DNA of 64,000 nucleotides. Source: Azolla caroliniana (taxonomy: Eukaryota; Plantae; Polypodiophyta). This document shows, piece after piece, positions 11,980-26,031 of this stretch. The position numbers and the translations under genes are program-made. Location of the stretch: contig JBHGNT010000013.1 of assembly GCA_043228905.1 (NCBI GenBank), positions 18,910,001 through 18,974,000 on the forward strand, in the 5' to 3' direction. The stretch's first letter is position 1. The number at the start of each line of letters is the position of its first letter. The notes below the pieces were generated by a model, which did not search any database, was not told the DNA's origin, and worked only from the letters and a program-made list of their open reading frames with translations.

Positions 11980-12288
11980 GGAATGTGATAGACTACATCA
12001 CTCTATGGGTGCACCTTGGTTCAAATTCCTACATTGCGATTGGATTGCCATTGCATTCCAACTCCAAAATTGAACCAAGCTTTTAAAATACTCTTTGACT
12101 TGATTCATCATTATATTATAAAATTGAATGTATAAGAAACACTAAACCATTTATAACAGGTTACAACTTCAAATCAAGGCTGCATATTTCTTTTGTGGGT
12201 GTATGTATAGTGGTAGCAGGCTTCATGTGTGTATCTGTGTGGCTGGCTATGTAGTGATGAAGGTAGTAACCCCGTGCTAATATTATTT

Positions 12289-12496
12289 TCATGTGGCCAT
12301 CAATGCCAGCCATTCTCCTAAAAAATTCATTCTAATTATCAATATATCTATGTATGTTGCATTTCATTCCAAATAATTGTGTCCCCAACTCCTCATGTGG
12401 CCATCAATGCCAGCCATTCTCCTAAAAAATTCATTCTAATTATCAATATATGTATGTATGTTGCATTTCATTCCAAATAATTGCGTCCCCAACTCC
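12289..12496. repeat. Tandem duplication, 2 x 104 bp
   Basis: Unit TCATGTGGCCATC...CCCCAACTCC at 12289-12392 and 12393-12496, with about 2 mismatches. Confidence 0.92.
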
Positions 12497-12599
12497 TCCT
12501 TGTTGCACCCTGCATGAGATCGTTAACATGACATTATCCATGGACTCTTCGTGTGTTCAAGCGTGGCTAATATTCATCCTTGCAGTAGTGATGGACAAG

Positions 12600-13105
12600 G
12601 TGAATGAGTCAATAAACTTTGGGAGCAACATCAGATTTGATCCACTAATTACCATTAGGAGGTCCATGTATAGGTTGAGTCAACCTTATGAAGTGAAGAA
12701 CAGGTTCCTAAGTTCATCCTATGCTAGGACCAACAATAAGGTAGGTATGCCTTCTTGCTAGACCCCAGCCTTTAGACATCTCCAATACCCAAACATTTGA
12801 TCATACCAATTTCTGCATGTAGGTTATTGATGTGGAGCTTCCGGTAGTTGATCCGGCAAAATCTCATGCCCTTCCGAAGTTTCCAATCAGTTTGCATGAT
12901 TTGCTATAGCATGTTGACCCCTTGGTGTGTGCATGACTTGTCTCAAATCAAACTGAGGTACAAGCAACACCCATCTTGACAACCTGGGAGTGATGTGAAT
13001 GTTTTGATTCACCAAATCAATCAATCCCTGATTATCCACATGAAAGACCTTAGGGTAGGGTAATGCCATTCTACAACCACAGTTTTTTGCTGGTGGGAGT
13101 AACAT
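12600..13105 (-). mobile_element. Highly degenerate Ty3/gypsy pol remnants
   Basis: RNase H-like KVFHVDNQGL...RLSRWVLLVPQFDL...HAIANH (12887-13105) and an RT-like MRFCRINYRKL segment near 12835-12870. Confidence 0.5.
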
Positions 13106-16100
13106 TCGACGAGCCCATGGTGTAGCTTCGGAGTCATCCGATTTGTTTGTGTTGTATGAGGACTCCTCCGACTATCCAATGCATTCAATAAACACAAGGG
13201 ATGGTAATGTAAGATAGTAACAAAACAAGTTTACACACAACACAATTCGACTTTCCTCCCAACCATCCATTATCTAGTCATCTGAATTCCCCATCCCATG
13301 TCTTGGCTTTTTATTAGGTTTCATATGAACGACTATCATGTTGGAACTACCTTAGTCTTCCAATCTTTACATTAGGAAAGGAAAATTTATTCAAGCAAAC
13401 AACATTAGTCACGAACCAGGTCTAAGATTGTCTCAATGGTGAATTTGTGGCATCAAACCTTCGGACACTTTGAAGGCTGAAAGAGCAAAAAAGCTCCTCT
13501 AGAGTTGGTCTGTGGAAAGACGATATAAAGTCGAACATGGCAATGTATGATTATGAGAGGCATACAAAAAGCAAGACTTGCTAGAAGTTATAATATAGCA
13601 GCAACAATAGGTCCACTATAATGTTTGGTTTCTTATGGCAAAGTTGTTTGGATGTGTAATGGCTGAGTGAATGGGCACGCAGACTGCAAATAAGGACAAG
13701 AACATTTACATTTTAAACACTTGGGACCATTGTCACCTTCATACACTTGGGACTCTTTTAATGGAGGAATCCTCAACCAAAAGGTAACTAGGTTAGTTTA
13801 TTGTTGCTTTTTGAGCTTCAAGAAATCTTTTTCATGTGGTTTGTCCCATGTGCCAACCCCCCTTTTCTTTAGAGCTGCATTCAACAACTCCAACTATCAA
13901 AGTAATAGATATTTGGGATTTCTCATGTCTATGTGAAATTGGGACATCAATTGTGCTCCTAGACCATCAAGATCTGGAATATATCTACGAACGAACTCTT
14001 TTACCTCCATCCATTCACTCGTCTAGGATGAAGATCTCAGTCGAGATCATTTTGCCAATCATAATGTGCGGTTGTCAATATGGTCCGCAATAGTTAAATG
14101 TCAAATCTAATTGGATTCAGTTTGCTCATTGCCTCCACCCACCTGATGATCTAATCCATGGTCATGAGCAAATAGATATTGCCTGATCTTCCTCCAAGGC
14201 ATGCTCCCATTGTAGATCAGATACCAAACGTAATTATGAGAGCAGAATAGGTACAAATGAGGATGATACATCGACTGTAATATCTTTGTTAGTGAATTTA
14301 TATAGCTGATGTTATTTTGGAAGCAACATAAGGTTCTAAATCTATATATTTCTGATAGTCAGCTTTTGAAATATATACATGATAGGCTTCCTCTAGAGGG
14401 AAACCTCAATGTAAGGAACCACATGTTATGATGGTTCAAGAACATGACCACCATTTTCGATTGCGCATAAGAGTTCTTGACATTGTGCTTGTAATAAAAT
14501 GGGTAGCCAATGGGAAGTATATAGATCCAAAGAATCTGATTGTCACCATAGCTGATGCCCAAGGATAGAGAAAGTAGAATGCGAACATCCTATATACATG
14601 TTGTTGAAATGAATTCAATATTTCAAAGGCGGTAGATGCTTAGAGATGTTCACGGAATCAATATGAGACGTGGAATAAGATCAGGATCAGAAACATAAAA
14701 AATCAGCTAGTTGTTGAGCGGGATGGCAAGAGGAGAGGATTGTTTTATCGTGAGGATGACATATCTTCGTGACTAAATCATTGATGACTGATTAGTGAAC
14801 TCTATAGAAGATTTACCGAGAGATATATACGTACATTTCGCAAGAAGCTCAATGGCTTGGTCGGAGCTTCGACATCTCAAATGACAAATCCCGCCATTTG
14901 CTTGGTGGAGTATGTCATGTTACTTCAAGATGAACAACTGCAGATGGGGGACAAAGAGAGAAGGGAGGAAATACACAAATTCGGTGGACATCTCACAAAT
15001 GTGGGATTGTAAATTTAAATGCCAAGGAGTTGATGCATCTAATTGAGAGTCAACTCGAGGGCTCTCATGGATTCAACCGAAGACTAGATAGAGACTTGAA
15101 CTATGGCTAGTGTAGATCTAGAAAAGAGTGCTGGGTTTGCACACACCATTGAAGAGTCGGTGTATCATATAGATGGAGATCGAGTAGAGTTTGAGCCAAC
15201 ACAAGAAGAGTCAAAGACATGGGTATTGGAACCTAAGGGATACTGAAGGCACATTGGCATGGTGGGGAACAACCATAAATGTTTAATCCATGGGAGTGGA
15301 TCAGTTTATGTGAAGGCCCAAGTCGATGGAATGAGTTATTGGAAGATTTACTTCTAGTTCCCCAAATCCCTCGTAATCTACTAGTTACGTGAATAAATTG
15401 GTATATATGTAGCATTTTGCCAAGTTACGTGAATAAATTCAATATCAAACATGGAGTTGGGTCTACAAAAAAGATCCAGTTGACTACTGATTTTTATATG
15501 TTCACGTCATCTACATTAGTCATCAATGAGTGCAAGAGTAATCTGATGCAAGCTTGAAGCATTGACAATTTGGGCTCCTTAGTGTCAAATGTGTTATTGT
15601 AGAGAATCTAGTAGGAGAGTACCGAGAAGCAAATGATGCAGGAATTTGAGCAATTGAATAAAGAATGAGGGAGTTCACTAAAAAAAGATAAAGTGAGAGT
15701 TCAAAGAAACCAAGTGATACCGATTATGCAAATAATGCGCTTGAGACCAATTGTTTTTATGAACAAGCACAAACAAACACTTTGGCCGTGGTCACCAAAT
15801 AGAGTATTTAAGAAGTTGATGCATTAGTTCATGAAGCCATTACATTAACCTAATGCATAAAATTAACCTAGATGGAATACCTAAGGTTGGTTCTTCACTT
15901 CAAGGTATCAACTTGCTCAAAGCAAATCACAATATAGGTTCATTTTTCCATCCTTGTGTTGTTATCAAGTTTTGACACTTTGCTTACTATACATAATCTA
16001 ATCTCTTCACTATATCTCTATGTGTTGTTGATTGTCTATGCAAGAATGCATTTTTCAAGAACACCCCCCCTTTTGCATCAACTATTAACAACAAGAACAA

Positions 16101-16249
16101 GTTTCGTCATGCTTGGAAAAGGAGGCTAGCCACATGCATGCTTGTATCTTTGTTATGGAGGCCCATATCCATTTAATGAGTATTCCTTATTCCCCTACCT
16201 CTTCATAACCTAACCTCTTTATAAGTAAGGTGTGAGAGCATTCAAGGTG

Positions 16250-16470
16250 TACATGGTGCAACAAACGTCACGAGGATGAAGGAGAAAATTGGTTCGGAAT
16301 GCTTGATGGAAAAGGCAAATGTTCCATGTAATAGAGAAGAAGAGATCAGTTTACATGAGAAGGACAAGAACCACATACAATGATAGGGAGGATTTTCTGC
16401 CACCAATGGCCACACAATATCTTCAATTCCATCAATGCTAACACAAGGAGCATTGAATGTAACCATCTAC
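16250..16470 (-). mobile_element. Possible degenerate hAT transposase fragment
   Basis: TFNAPCVSIDGIEDIVW weakly resembles the hAT motif FWTPCAAHCIDLMLEDI. There is no other support. Confidence 0.25.
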
Positions 16471-17886
16471 ATGATCCGCAATCATTAGTCACCGAGTCAC
16501 TTATCTTGTGCACTAGGATTAAGGAGATCCCAATTCTCAATCATCTAGAAAGCGTTTTGAATTGGATTTCTTACGACCATTGCAAATAGGCTCAACTTAG
16601 TGCATAGAGATCTAAGAAGCATAGATTTCATCCAAGTCAAACCCACAATCTATTTTAGGCTGTTGGATGATGTTTAATTAACTTAATTATAGTCATCTTA
16701 AAACTTTTACATCAATAGATCTTGGTAATATATCTACCCATTTGAATTCGCATCATAGAAATATAATATTTCTACCAATTTCTTAGTGAATGAACTATTA
16801 AATCCAACTTAATGAGTCAACATGCTCTCCCTCTTTCTTGACATGTTTGCCCGCCTACATATGCCATTTCTTTTATTTCTTAATAAAAAAAGAGGGTCTC
16901 TGCATTTTTGTAATTTCCATGAACTATGCACCTATAACAATGATATCCAACCTCCTCAATTTGATGTCCTGTTTCACAATCGAGTGGAGTAAAAAACTGA
17001 GTTACACTATAATGTTTACTTATACAATCTTATGCTTCAAATTGAGAGCATGAACAATAGTAACATGAGCTACACCTATATATAACTTGACTCTAGAGAA
17101 CTTGTGTACAATTTACGCAGTACAAATCTACAATATATTCGTGTCTGGACTCTGAACCCAAGTCTTAAGTATAAACCGAGCTAAAAGATTGAAAAAAAAA
17201 ACTTTTACCACAAATGATAGGTTATTACTTATTTACTGCTAGTACTTTAATTCCATTAGAGTTGGAAAAAGAACACTCAAAACCATTTCAGCATAATGTC
17301 TTCATAAAAACAATAATGTGTCCCCCAAGTAATGACTCATATTCCAGACAAAAGAAGCAACTTATATCCCATCAACTTAGTGGGCATTCCAGCATCAATT
17401 GGGGATCAGACACTGGCAATTATTGATATAATGTGAATGACACTGCACAAGAGTCTGTTCTCACTAATATGTACAATGTCTATGATTGCAAAAATCAGTC
17501 TCATCAAGATTCAATAATGAAAACATACGGCACTTCCATCTCCATGAAAGATATGGAGAATAAGATTTATACAAACCTACCTGAACTACAGAATATCTGT
17601 TTCTAATATGAAGATATAAGGTGGTAAAATACTTGGATAAAATGAATTTGAAGTGACTAGAAGTACATAGTGGTTGCCTTTAACTGGTACACTCAAAACT
17701 TCCTTTGCAGTACAAGTTTCTATGCACACTAAATAATGTTACAGAGACAACAGCCTGACAATGAAATTTCTGATTACACCTTGCTGCATATCCTAAGGTT
17801 TAGATGGATTTGCAAAATAATGTATCAATGATTTTTAATATGACACAATATTACAATAGCAAATAGCATGGTGCTCCATCCCCATA

Positions 17887-20800
17887 TTAGCATTTGTGTG
17901 TGGAGGTAGGGTTGGAATCTCCTTGAATCCAACCCATTTTCAGGAGAAGATTAAACACACTGTCTACTTTGTTTGGGTTTGCCTTTAGAAGTAGTTTTGC
18001 ATCTGCACGTTTGATCTGACCGCTCTTAAGACTCTCTAACATCAATATCTCCTTCATTCTGAGGTAACTTGCAGGAAAGATTCTATTTTGACAGCACAGT
18101 TGTTGTTCCTGCAGGGATGATATATATGTAAGTTAAAGAGCGAGAAGTCACTCGTGATAATAATATATAGATCAGTCCAACAGGAGATAGAGAGATCGAT
18201 AGATGGATGGATAGATTTTATTGTCCCCATAAGAGATCAAATATGAGCTATGGTCCAGAGTGAAACATTTTCATGTTGTGTGTGGGTTGATAAAGTGATT
18301 CTCAATGTTAAAGAATTTTACTAATGAAAGCTGCCGTTCGAGAGTGCAAATTATGATAGGTCAGAAATGTGTGGAGTGATAGGTCAAGGTTGAAACTGTT
18401 GGGAAGTCAAACTCAAAAGTGATTAAAGGTGGCACATCGCATGCAAAGGGGAGAGAAGAGATTACCGTCGATGACAATAAATCTGTACCAGGTAACCCTG
18501 TGATATCGAAAATGTTGGGTCTATTGCCAAAGTTTCCACCTGAAAATTTTATCTCTGGTCCCTTTAGATTAATATCCACATGAATTATCCCAAGGATTCA
18601 TCTGACTTTTAATTCACCTTTGCACAAAAGGAGAACATACCTTTTCCGCCTCCTGACTGTGCCTCTTGTTTTTTCTTTTCGGATTTATATTGTTCGGCTT
18701 CTACAATTGTTCGGCACCCTGCAGCAAGACATTCCTAAAAACATGTACTGCTGATTAATACCAATAATGTAAGGCATATATACCTCAATATTGTCAAAAT
18801 GTATGTCAATCAAATGATTTTTTTCTTAATACATGAACACTATATTATAGCATTTATAATGACTTTTATTAGTATATCACATTGATAACACAACAACCAA
18901 GAATTGAACCTTCCTTAAGTAGAGAAAGATAATTAAGCCTGTTATTATATTCAACATAACCAAATATTTTGAGGAACAAATCAGAAAATAACTGAACCCA
19001 TAGTTTGAAAGTTTCTACCTGCAACTCAGCAATATGTTGTCGGATCTTCCTCTCTGTATTTAGACCCCCAAGTAAAGCCTCGTGCTCCTCCATCGAATGA
19101 TAGCGCAAAAAGACACGCGCTTCCTGATACAACTCTCTCTCTTCTTTCGACCTCCTATTATCCATCTCTTGTTGTCTCTTCACATCAAGTAATCCTCTTT
19201 CAAGAATGAATTCCTTGCGACGTTTTCTTTCATCTAGTCTGTAGCAAAAAATTAGTTCAGTAACTTGTAAGCTCTTGTTATTACAAAGTGTCTGCTCTTC
19301 ATCTATTGGCCATATGTGAAAATGGATGCTGATCCATGTCAAAGACCATGAAACTTGCATTCACCAACATTAACTAAGAGAACTTGTCTTGTGTACAAGT
19401 GTATAAAGCATTCATAAGTCTCTGCAACCTAATAGTAAATATAATCTTTTCTGCATACAATATTAAAGATGCCTACATGTTGTACTGGTCTACCTCTTCT
19501 CTAAAATTCATAAGATTGAGAGAACCCAATTTTATCTTCACCATGGGCTCAGCTCCATTCTAAGGTCGCCTAAGGTCATATTCAACCTGCCATAGACATT
19601 AATAATGTATGTATCTATCAATCTAATCAGAAACGTCATCAATATATAGGTCAAAAGGAGTCAAAGAACATTGCTAAAACCCTCTGAAAATATGACTAGA
19701 CGTTGTAGCCACAATACAATGATAATACAAAAAGATTACAAACTAAAAACAAAATTGGGCAATTTATTACTTTCTTAGCAAACTTGTTAACAATGTGCAA
19801 AGAATACGCCATTTCTACAAATATTAACCTTAACAAATATATGTGCAGCATTTGCAGTTTGAGTTCACGATCTGTCTCTGTATCAATTTCTTTAAATTCC
19901 ATCTCTGCCAAAGGAAGCTCTGCATCATTATCATATTCAGGATCAAACTCCTGCCTTTTTGGATTGTAACCACTGTGTTCCAGATATGCCATTCCATCCT
20001 TATTTTCTTCCAGCAATGGTTTTGGTTTTTTTCCACCAATACTACGATTGCTCTGCCCTCCATCTGTAGCCAGCCCATGTCTACAAGTCAATATGATTTG
20101 CATATCATTGTAAGCGAATATAAAAAAATTTGATCAATGTTTTAACCTTCAGATCCTACAGAGGGCTGAGAGGCTTCTTTCTCAGGCCCTACAGTTACAT
20201 TCGGTTTCTTCTCGGTCCCTGCTGTTGAAGCCAAGGATTTACATCCAAATCCTCTTCCTTCCCCCTTCTCCCCTGCTCCAGAACCTGGAATCAACTAATC
20301 GTGTCATTTATTATACAATCAACAATTAGCATTAAGCTTTAGGAAATAGTGTGGTATGTCATGACCACAAATGGGCACTGTGTTATTTCTCATCAAACTT
20401 TGATATTTGAATTACAGCTAATATATTGATAAAAAAAAATTATTAATTATGAAGCCCAAACAGAAACTAAAATAAATAAATGAGCATCTCTTGAATCATT
20501 TAATTTCATGATTTGGTTTGGTTCAAATTTCAAAAAATAATTAACAGAGTTTGAGTAATCCCAAACCAAATTGAACTGAGTTGAACCATTGCCGTTGATA
20601 ATCCTCTGCCTTTCACATAGCAGAGATATTCTAAACAAAGATGATTCAGGGGACAATGACACATAGGTCGTGTGTGATAACTTCCTATGATGAGTGTTTT
20701 GTACGTGCTTAATGTTTATCTCTATATAGAAGTCCTTGAAGGTCTTTTCGTATCAAATATGACATTTTGTATCAATACACTACAAATTCATGCCTGCCTT

Positions 20801-23724
20801 TTCTGTATATGAATTATTGCCATTCTGAAGCCTCCAGCAAATCTGAGACTTTCCATCTCTTTGTTGAAAGGCTTTCAAGCAAAATAGAGTCCACAAATAG
20901 CCATTGAGCAGAAACCTAAATCCTTCTATGTAGTACTTGGATTTATAGAGGAACAGAATTAAATACAAAAAGATCATATGACATATTCTAGTTTTCCCAC
21001 TCTCATAAACTGTGACACAAGATCGTCCTATGTATGAACACATAATATGTCAATAGAATCATACCAGGTGTAGAATTCGACGGAGATCTTCCATCTCGTA
21101 GAACATCCCTTTCTTCAACCCTATAGAAAGAGAAAAGCACAATAGAAATCAAGAGTATAATAATGTATATAATAGACAGTAAACACCACTGGAGAACAGT
21201 TTGAATTAGCCACATGTGGTTTGTTCAAATAAGATGAAATGAGCATGGTGTTTCTGTTTGTAAATCAGCTTTTTTTATATGCTCAATCAGAAATTTATCA
21301 TTCCTGTAGATGAAACCTGAGAGATGGTGCTTTCTGCATATTACATATGCATCGCACTTGCATTAATAAACAATCAATTGCAATCAATTTTAAAAAATTA
21401 ATATTACAATCAAATAAATAGCTGAAACTTGAAAAGCAATTTGTTTGGCCTGCAAAGCATCAATTTCATCCATGTTCTCATTGGTATCTGACATGTATTG
21501 CTTTCCTAAGAATCCACGGTTATGAGTGTAGATAGTAATTGCATCCATATCAAGGGCACCGTTGATGGTAGCTCAGTTTTTTCCCGTCCTTTTCTCTTTA
21601 TGATATGAGTATTGATTATCTAAGTATGTTCTTCAAGTCATTAGGGACTCTTCAATCCCATACCATATGTTCCTTGACCTGAACCAGAAAACCCTTGCAT
21701 TCCTTTTCTAGATGATTGGTATCCAGAAATTATGTAGTGCATGAAATTGTTCATGTGTGTGCACATTGTGTTATATATACAATTATATGGTTTCACTAAG
21801 TACTGCAATTTGATCATTATGCCACCTAGAATATATATAATAATTTAGGCAATTGATGCACACCATTTTTCGAAAACATATCACTCCATGTAACCCTTAC
21901 TTGACCCTTGGTGGTGAAACAAATTGCTCTTGCTTTGGAGGCTTCCATCCAATCCCTGTATCTCCTATGTTACCTAACAAGTTTAACCAATGCCTGGTGT
22001 GATAAGACCTCAAAATCCAGGAAAACTAAATCTGAAAGGGTCGAGCATCTCTGCATTATACCATCTCACCTTTCTTTCCCTCATTTGGTGTCTTTGTCAT
22101 GGCTAAGAGCTCTGATTTTGACTTCCCATGAACTTGTGCCATATCCTATGCAATACATGAATAAATAAATTTCACGACAATAAATATAGTAAAGTTTTTT
22201 AGAAGATACTTCCAAACTTTTTACCGGAAGTGGCGAATATGGTGAGTCCATATATGCTAGCATATAATGGTCATAACACTGAGCTTTCGTCTTTGTAGCT
22301 ACATGTTCAGCAACTTCTGCCCAATTGCCTATACCATACATCTCGACACCCTAAACATTAAACCAACAAATTATCCAAAGGCATTATTGTCACAAGAAAA
22401 GATTGTCCTAAATTCAGGTACGCGGTTAATCTATGTGTTATTCACACGCATCACGCTACTAGCTATGAGAATCTAACCTCCAGCAGTAAAATTTCCTCGT
22501 CCGCATTCCAGTCTGGTTGAATAAGAGGAAAGCAAAGATTATCCTGCCAAATAAGGTTAACTAAATTAATTGGATCTTTAAAAAAATACTAGGAAATGCA
22601 GAATAATTAATATTCATTAAGCTAAGTGATGAGGATAGATAGATGGAGAGATGATTCTACTCATCGTTGCATGGGGAAAGAATTGAGAGATCAGGAGGCA
22701 AAAAAATATGCAATGAAACAAATTTCCTTGCTATGAGAATTGATTGTTCAAGCTTTAATTACAATGACTCTATAGGGATGATTGCATTTGTGAGGGGTAA
22801 TCTCTGCCCCAATGGAGAAGCACTCCACACAAAGGTCGAAATCAGGACATTTTGCACATTTGACACGGATGATGCCTGATATATCCTTATTGCAGTAATT
22901 ACAATGATACAAAGCTCTCTTAGTCTCCTGATTTCCTGAAATTTGGATAAAATCTCATTATTCACTTTTATGACAGATAGTAAAAAAAAACGGTGTATCT
23001 GGCTGGATGGCTCACCTGTGGCCCCAGTATCTGTATTTTCGCCACTCAAAGCAAGCTTTCGTCTCTTTGACCTATGCATTGCATTAAGTCCGTCATGAAA
23101 ATTTTACAAGCACATACATGTCCAAGAAAATCAAAAGTAGAAAGAGCAAATAATAATAGCAAATTTGCAAATTTCTCTTATATTTAAAGTAGCCATGTCT
23201 AGTTTCTCATTTCCCTGGCAATTACTCCATGAATAAATTCATCAGTCTTCAAAATCAAATGCCTAAAACTGTACATTCAATACGTTTCTTGCATGATGCA
23301 TTCCTCAATATTTTTGTATATTTCAAAAAGGTGCAACTTGGGAGAAAAAATTGAGCATTTCCACAATGATTTCATGTTGATTGAATATCACCAAAACCTG
23401 TGTTACAACTGTGCCCCATTCCTTGAAAGGAACTCGTTCATAACGAAGTTATTACATCAGAATTGGAGGCATAAGAAAAACATATCACAATCTCTTGATC
23501 GCACACAGAGATCCAAGACAAATGCAACAACAAGAAATTATGGCTTCCTTTCGGTGAACTCTCAATTGAGCTCGAAATCTGGAGCTCAACGAGAGAAATT
23601 CAGAAAAAGTGGAAACAAAAGAAGAAAGGTCAGGCAGGAATGGAGAGATAATAGCAATCTTTTCCCATTGATGCACTGACCTGTTATCTTCTGCGGCTGT
23701 GCTGGGAGCTCGGTAACGACCCAT
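17887..23724 (-). CDS. ADA2: Transcriptional adaptor ADA2 (SAGA/GCN5 HAT module), about 14 coding exons
   Basis: Exons read with GT-AG ends: 23724-23681 (MGRYRAPS), 23071-23016, 22935-22763 (ZZ finger [31 protein letters not shown]), 22543-22478 ([12 protein letters not shown]), 22350-22225 ([17 protein letters not shown]), 22145-22070, 21955-21901, 21120-21065, 20284-20147, 20063-19829 ([18 protein letters not shown]), 19238-19019 ([17 protein letters not shown]), 18734-18641, 18539-18466 ([13 protein letters not shown]), 18108-17887 ([25 protein letters not shown]...MGWI, stop TAA). The linker-region exon boundaries are less certain. Confidence 0.95.
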
Positions 23725-23841
23725 TCTACGGCTCTGTCTGTCAGACTGTCTCTTTCTGAGTGTCGGACAGAGCTGAACCTGTTTGTCGTGCAAACCCTTT
23801 TTTCGTTAGTGCATACAGACAAACTCTTAGAAGCAACAGCC

Positions 23842-23842
<1 letters not shown>

Positions 23843-23876
<34 letters not shown>

Positions 23877-23891
23877 TCTCTCTGTCTCTCT
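23843..23891. repeat. (CT)n/(GA)n microsatellite upstream of the ADA2 start
   Basis: Read directly, ~120-170 bp 5' of the ATG at 23724. Confidence 0.9.
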
Positions 23892-24296
23892 GTGGGATCG
23901 GCCTCCCCTGTTTCCTCAGCGTCTACATTATAATTTATATGTATATCTATCTCTATCTATATCTATCGACAACAAACTCTTGCTACCATTAGCAACATGG
24001 CCAAGATTGGGGGTACATATGTATACAATATACATACATATTCATCATATGCCCATGGACACTCTTTGTGTTATGGTAGCTTGTCCCTCCTGATGGGGGG
24101 AGACAGCTGAAAAGTCGTGAATCGGCCGAGAGGCCGAATGAGAATCGGCTAGCCGAAATCGACCGAGAGGCCGAATGGGAGTCGGTTGGCCCAAATCGGT
24201 TTATAAGCCGAATGAGAGTCGGCCAAATGGTCGAAAAAATATATATGTGTTAGGTTTCCTCTTGATGTAGGTATTACCTATGTGCGTAAGTTAAGA

Positions 24297-24327
<31 letters not shown>

Positions 24328-26031
24328 CTCGAGTGAGACTGAGTAACAGCGTGAGCTATGTAAGAGACAAGGTGTAGAGACAAAGAAAAGAAGTGTTGAG
24401 CTACCTCGTGTGAGCAAGACAAAGAGAAGACAAGAAGACAGCAAGGGTAGGCAAAGTTTTGTGGAACTTGCCCAAACCCTAGAAGTGGTTTTCGACACCA
24501 ATGTGTTGTGTTAGCACCTAAACAGGTTTAGTCATTCCGTACATTGTTGTTGTGAGATTCATATTGTTGTTGTACTCTCAGACTTTAATCTTTCCTTCAT
24601 ACAGGTGAAAGCTCTGTAATATGTTTTGTTTTGTACCCTCCACTCATAGTGAAATTTTGTTGGCTAGAGTGGTCGTGGTTTTTATCCCCAATTTGGGATT
24701 TTCCACGTAAACCGTGTGTAGTTTGAATTATGTTTGTGTTTTAGAATATTTGTTGTTTATTTCTGAGTGTAACTTCTTACAAACTGGTATCTAAGCACTA
24801 GGTCCTAGATGGAAGGAAGTGTCAATGGGTTTCCAAGAATGATAGTCCTAAACTCTCACAACTATTCTGACTGGAAGATCACGATGGAGGATCTTCTAAT
24901 AGTTAGAGACTTGTATTAGTCGATAGATAGGAAGGATATACCAATAGGGGTAATCGGGACTTAATGGAAAATCCTAAATAGAAAGGTTATTGCAACCATT
25001 AGACAATGTGTAGACATGAGAGTCCTACAACATGTTGCAAACGATACAAATGCCTACAAGTTGTGGCATAAACTCTCTGCCTTGTATGAAAGGAAAAATT
25101 CTCTAAACAAAACTTCCCTGATGAGGAAAATAGTGAGGCTAAAGTACACAGATGGTGATAGCCTTGTGGTGCACATCAGTACTTTCATGGGACTAGTAAA
25201 CCAGCTAGCATCAGCGAAGTTTCCATTATATAATGTTATGCAAGCCCTATTACTACTATGTACTCTACCGGACAGTTGGGAGAACCTAGTAGTGTCATTT
25301 AGTGCCTCTTGTAAAGAAGAGAATTTGTCTTTACAAGTAGTAAAGATAAGCATTCTGAACGAAGATACAAGAAGAATGGATAAAAGTGCCTTGTCTTAAT
25401 CGGAAGCGAATGTGGCACAAAACCTTGGTAGAGGAAGAAGTAAACATAGAAGTCCTGAAAATAGAGACAAGTCTTATGCCAAGTCAAAGTCCAGAGGAAG
25501 ACTCACATATTTCTATTGTGGGACACCTGATCACTTCCAAAAGAATTGTCCACACTTTAAGAAGGACAAAGACATTGATGACGATGTTGAACCTAGAAAA
25601 TTTCTTGATGAGAAAAACACTTCAACCATTGCAACCACCGAGGAAGAGATGTTCATTTGTGAACAAGCTAGTGTGAATCTTGCAAATGTTGAGTGCTCTT
25701 GGGTAGTTGATTCTGGTGCATCGTTTCACCTAACTCCCAAAAGAGAATGTTTCTCATCTTACACAGTCGGTGACTATGGCTATGTAAGGATGGGAAACGA
25801 CGATGAATGCAAGATTGTGGGTATAGGAAATGTATGCTTGGTAACATCTATTGGCTGCAGGTTAATGTTGAAGGATATACGCCACGTTCCGGATATTAGA
25901 TTGAATCTGATATCGGTTGGATGGATGGACGATGAAGGCTACATTGGTAGCTTTCCGAATGGTGCATGGAAGTTCAGTAAGGGAAGTCTGATTGTGGCTC
26001 GAGCACAAAAACAGAACACTTTGTATGTAAT

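Noticed and set aside
14000-15300. Faint gypsy RT-like words, also at ~7600-8400
   Set aside because: Too degraded to support a call by eye. A translated profile search is needed.
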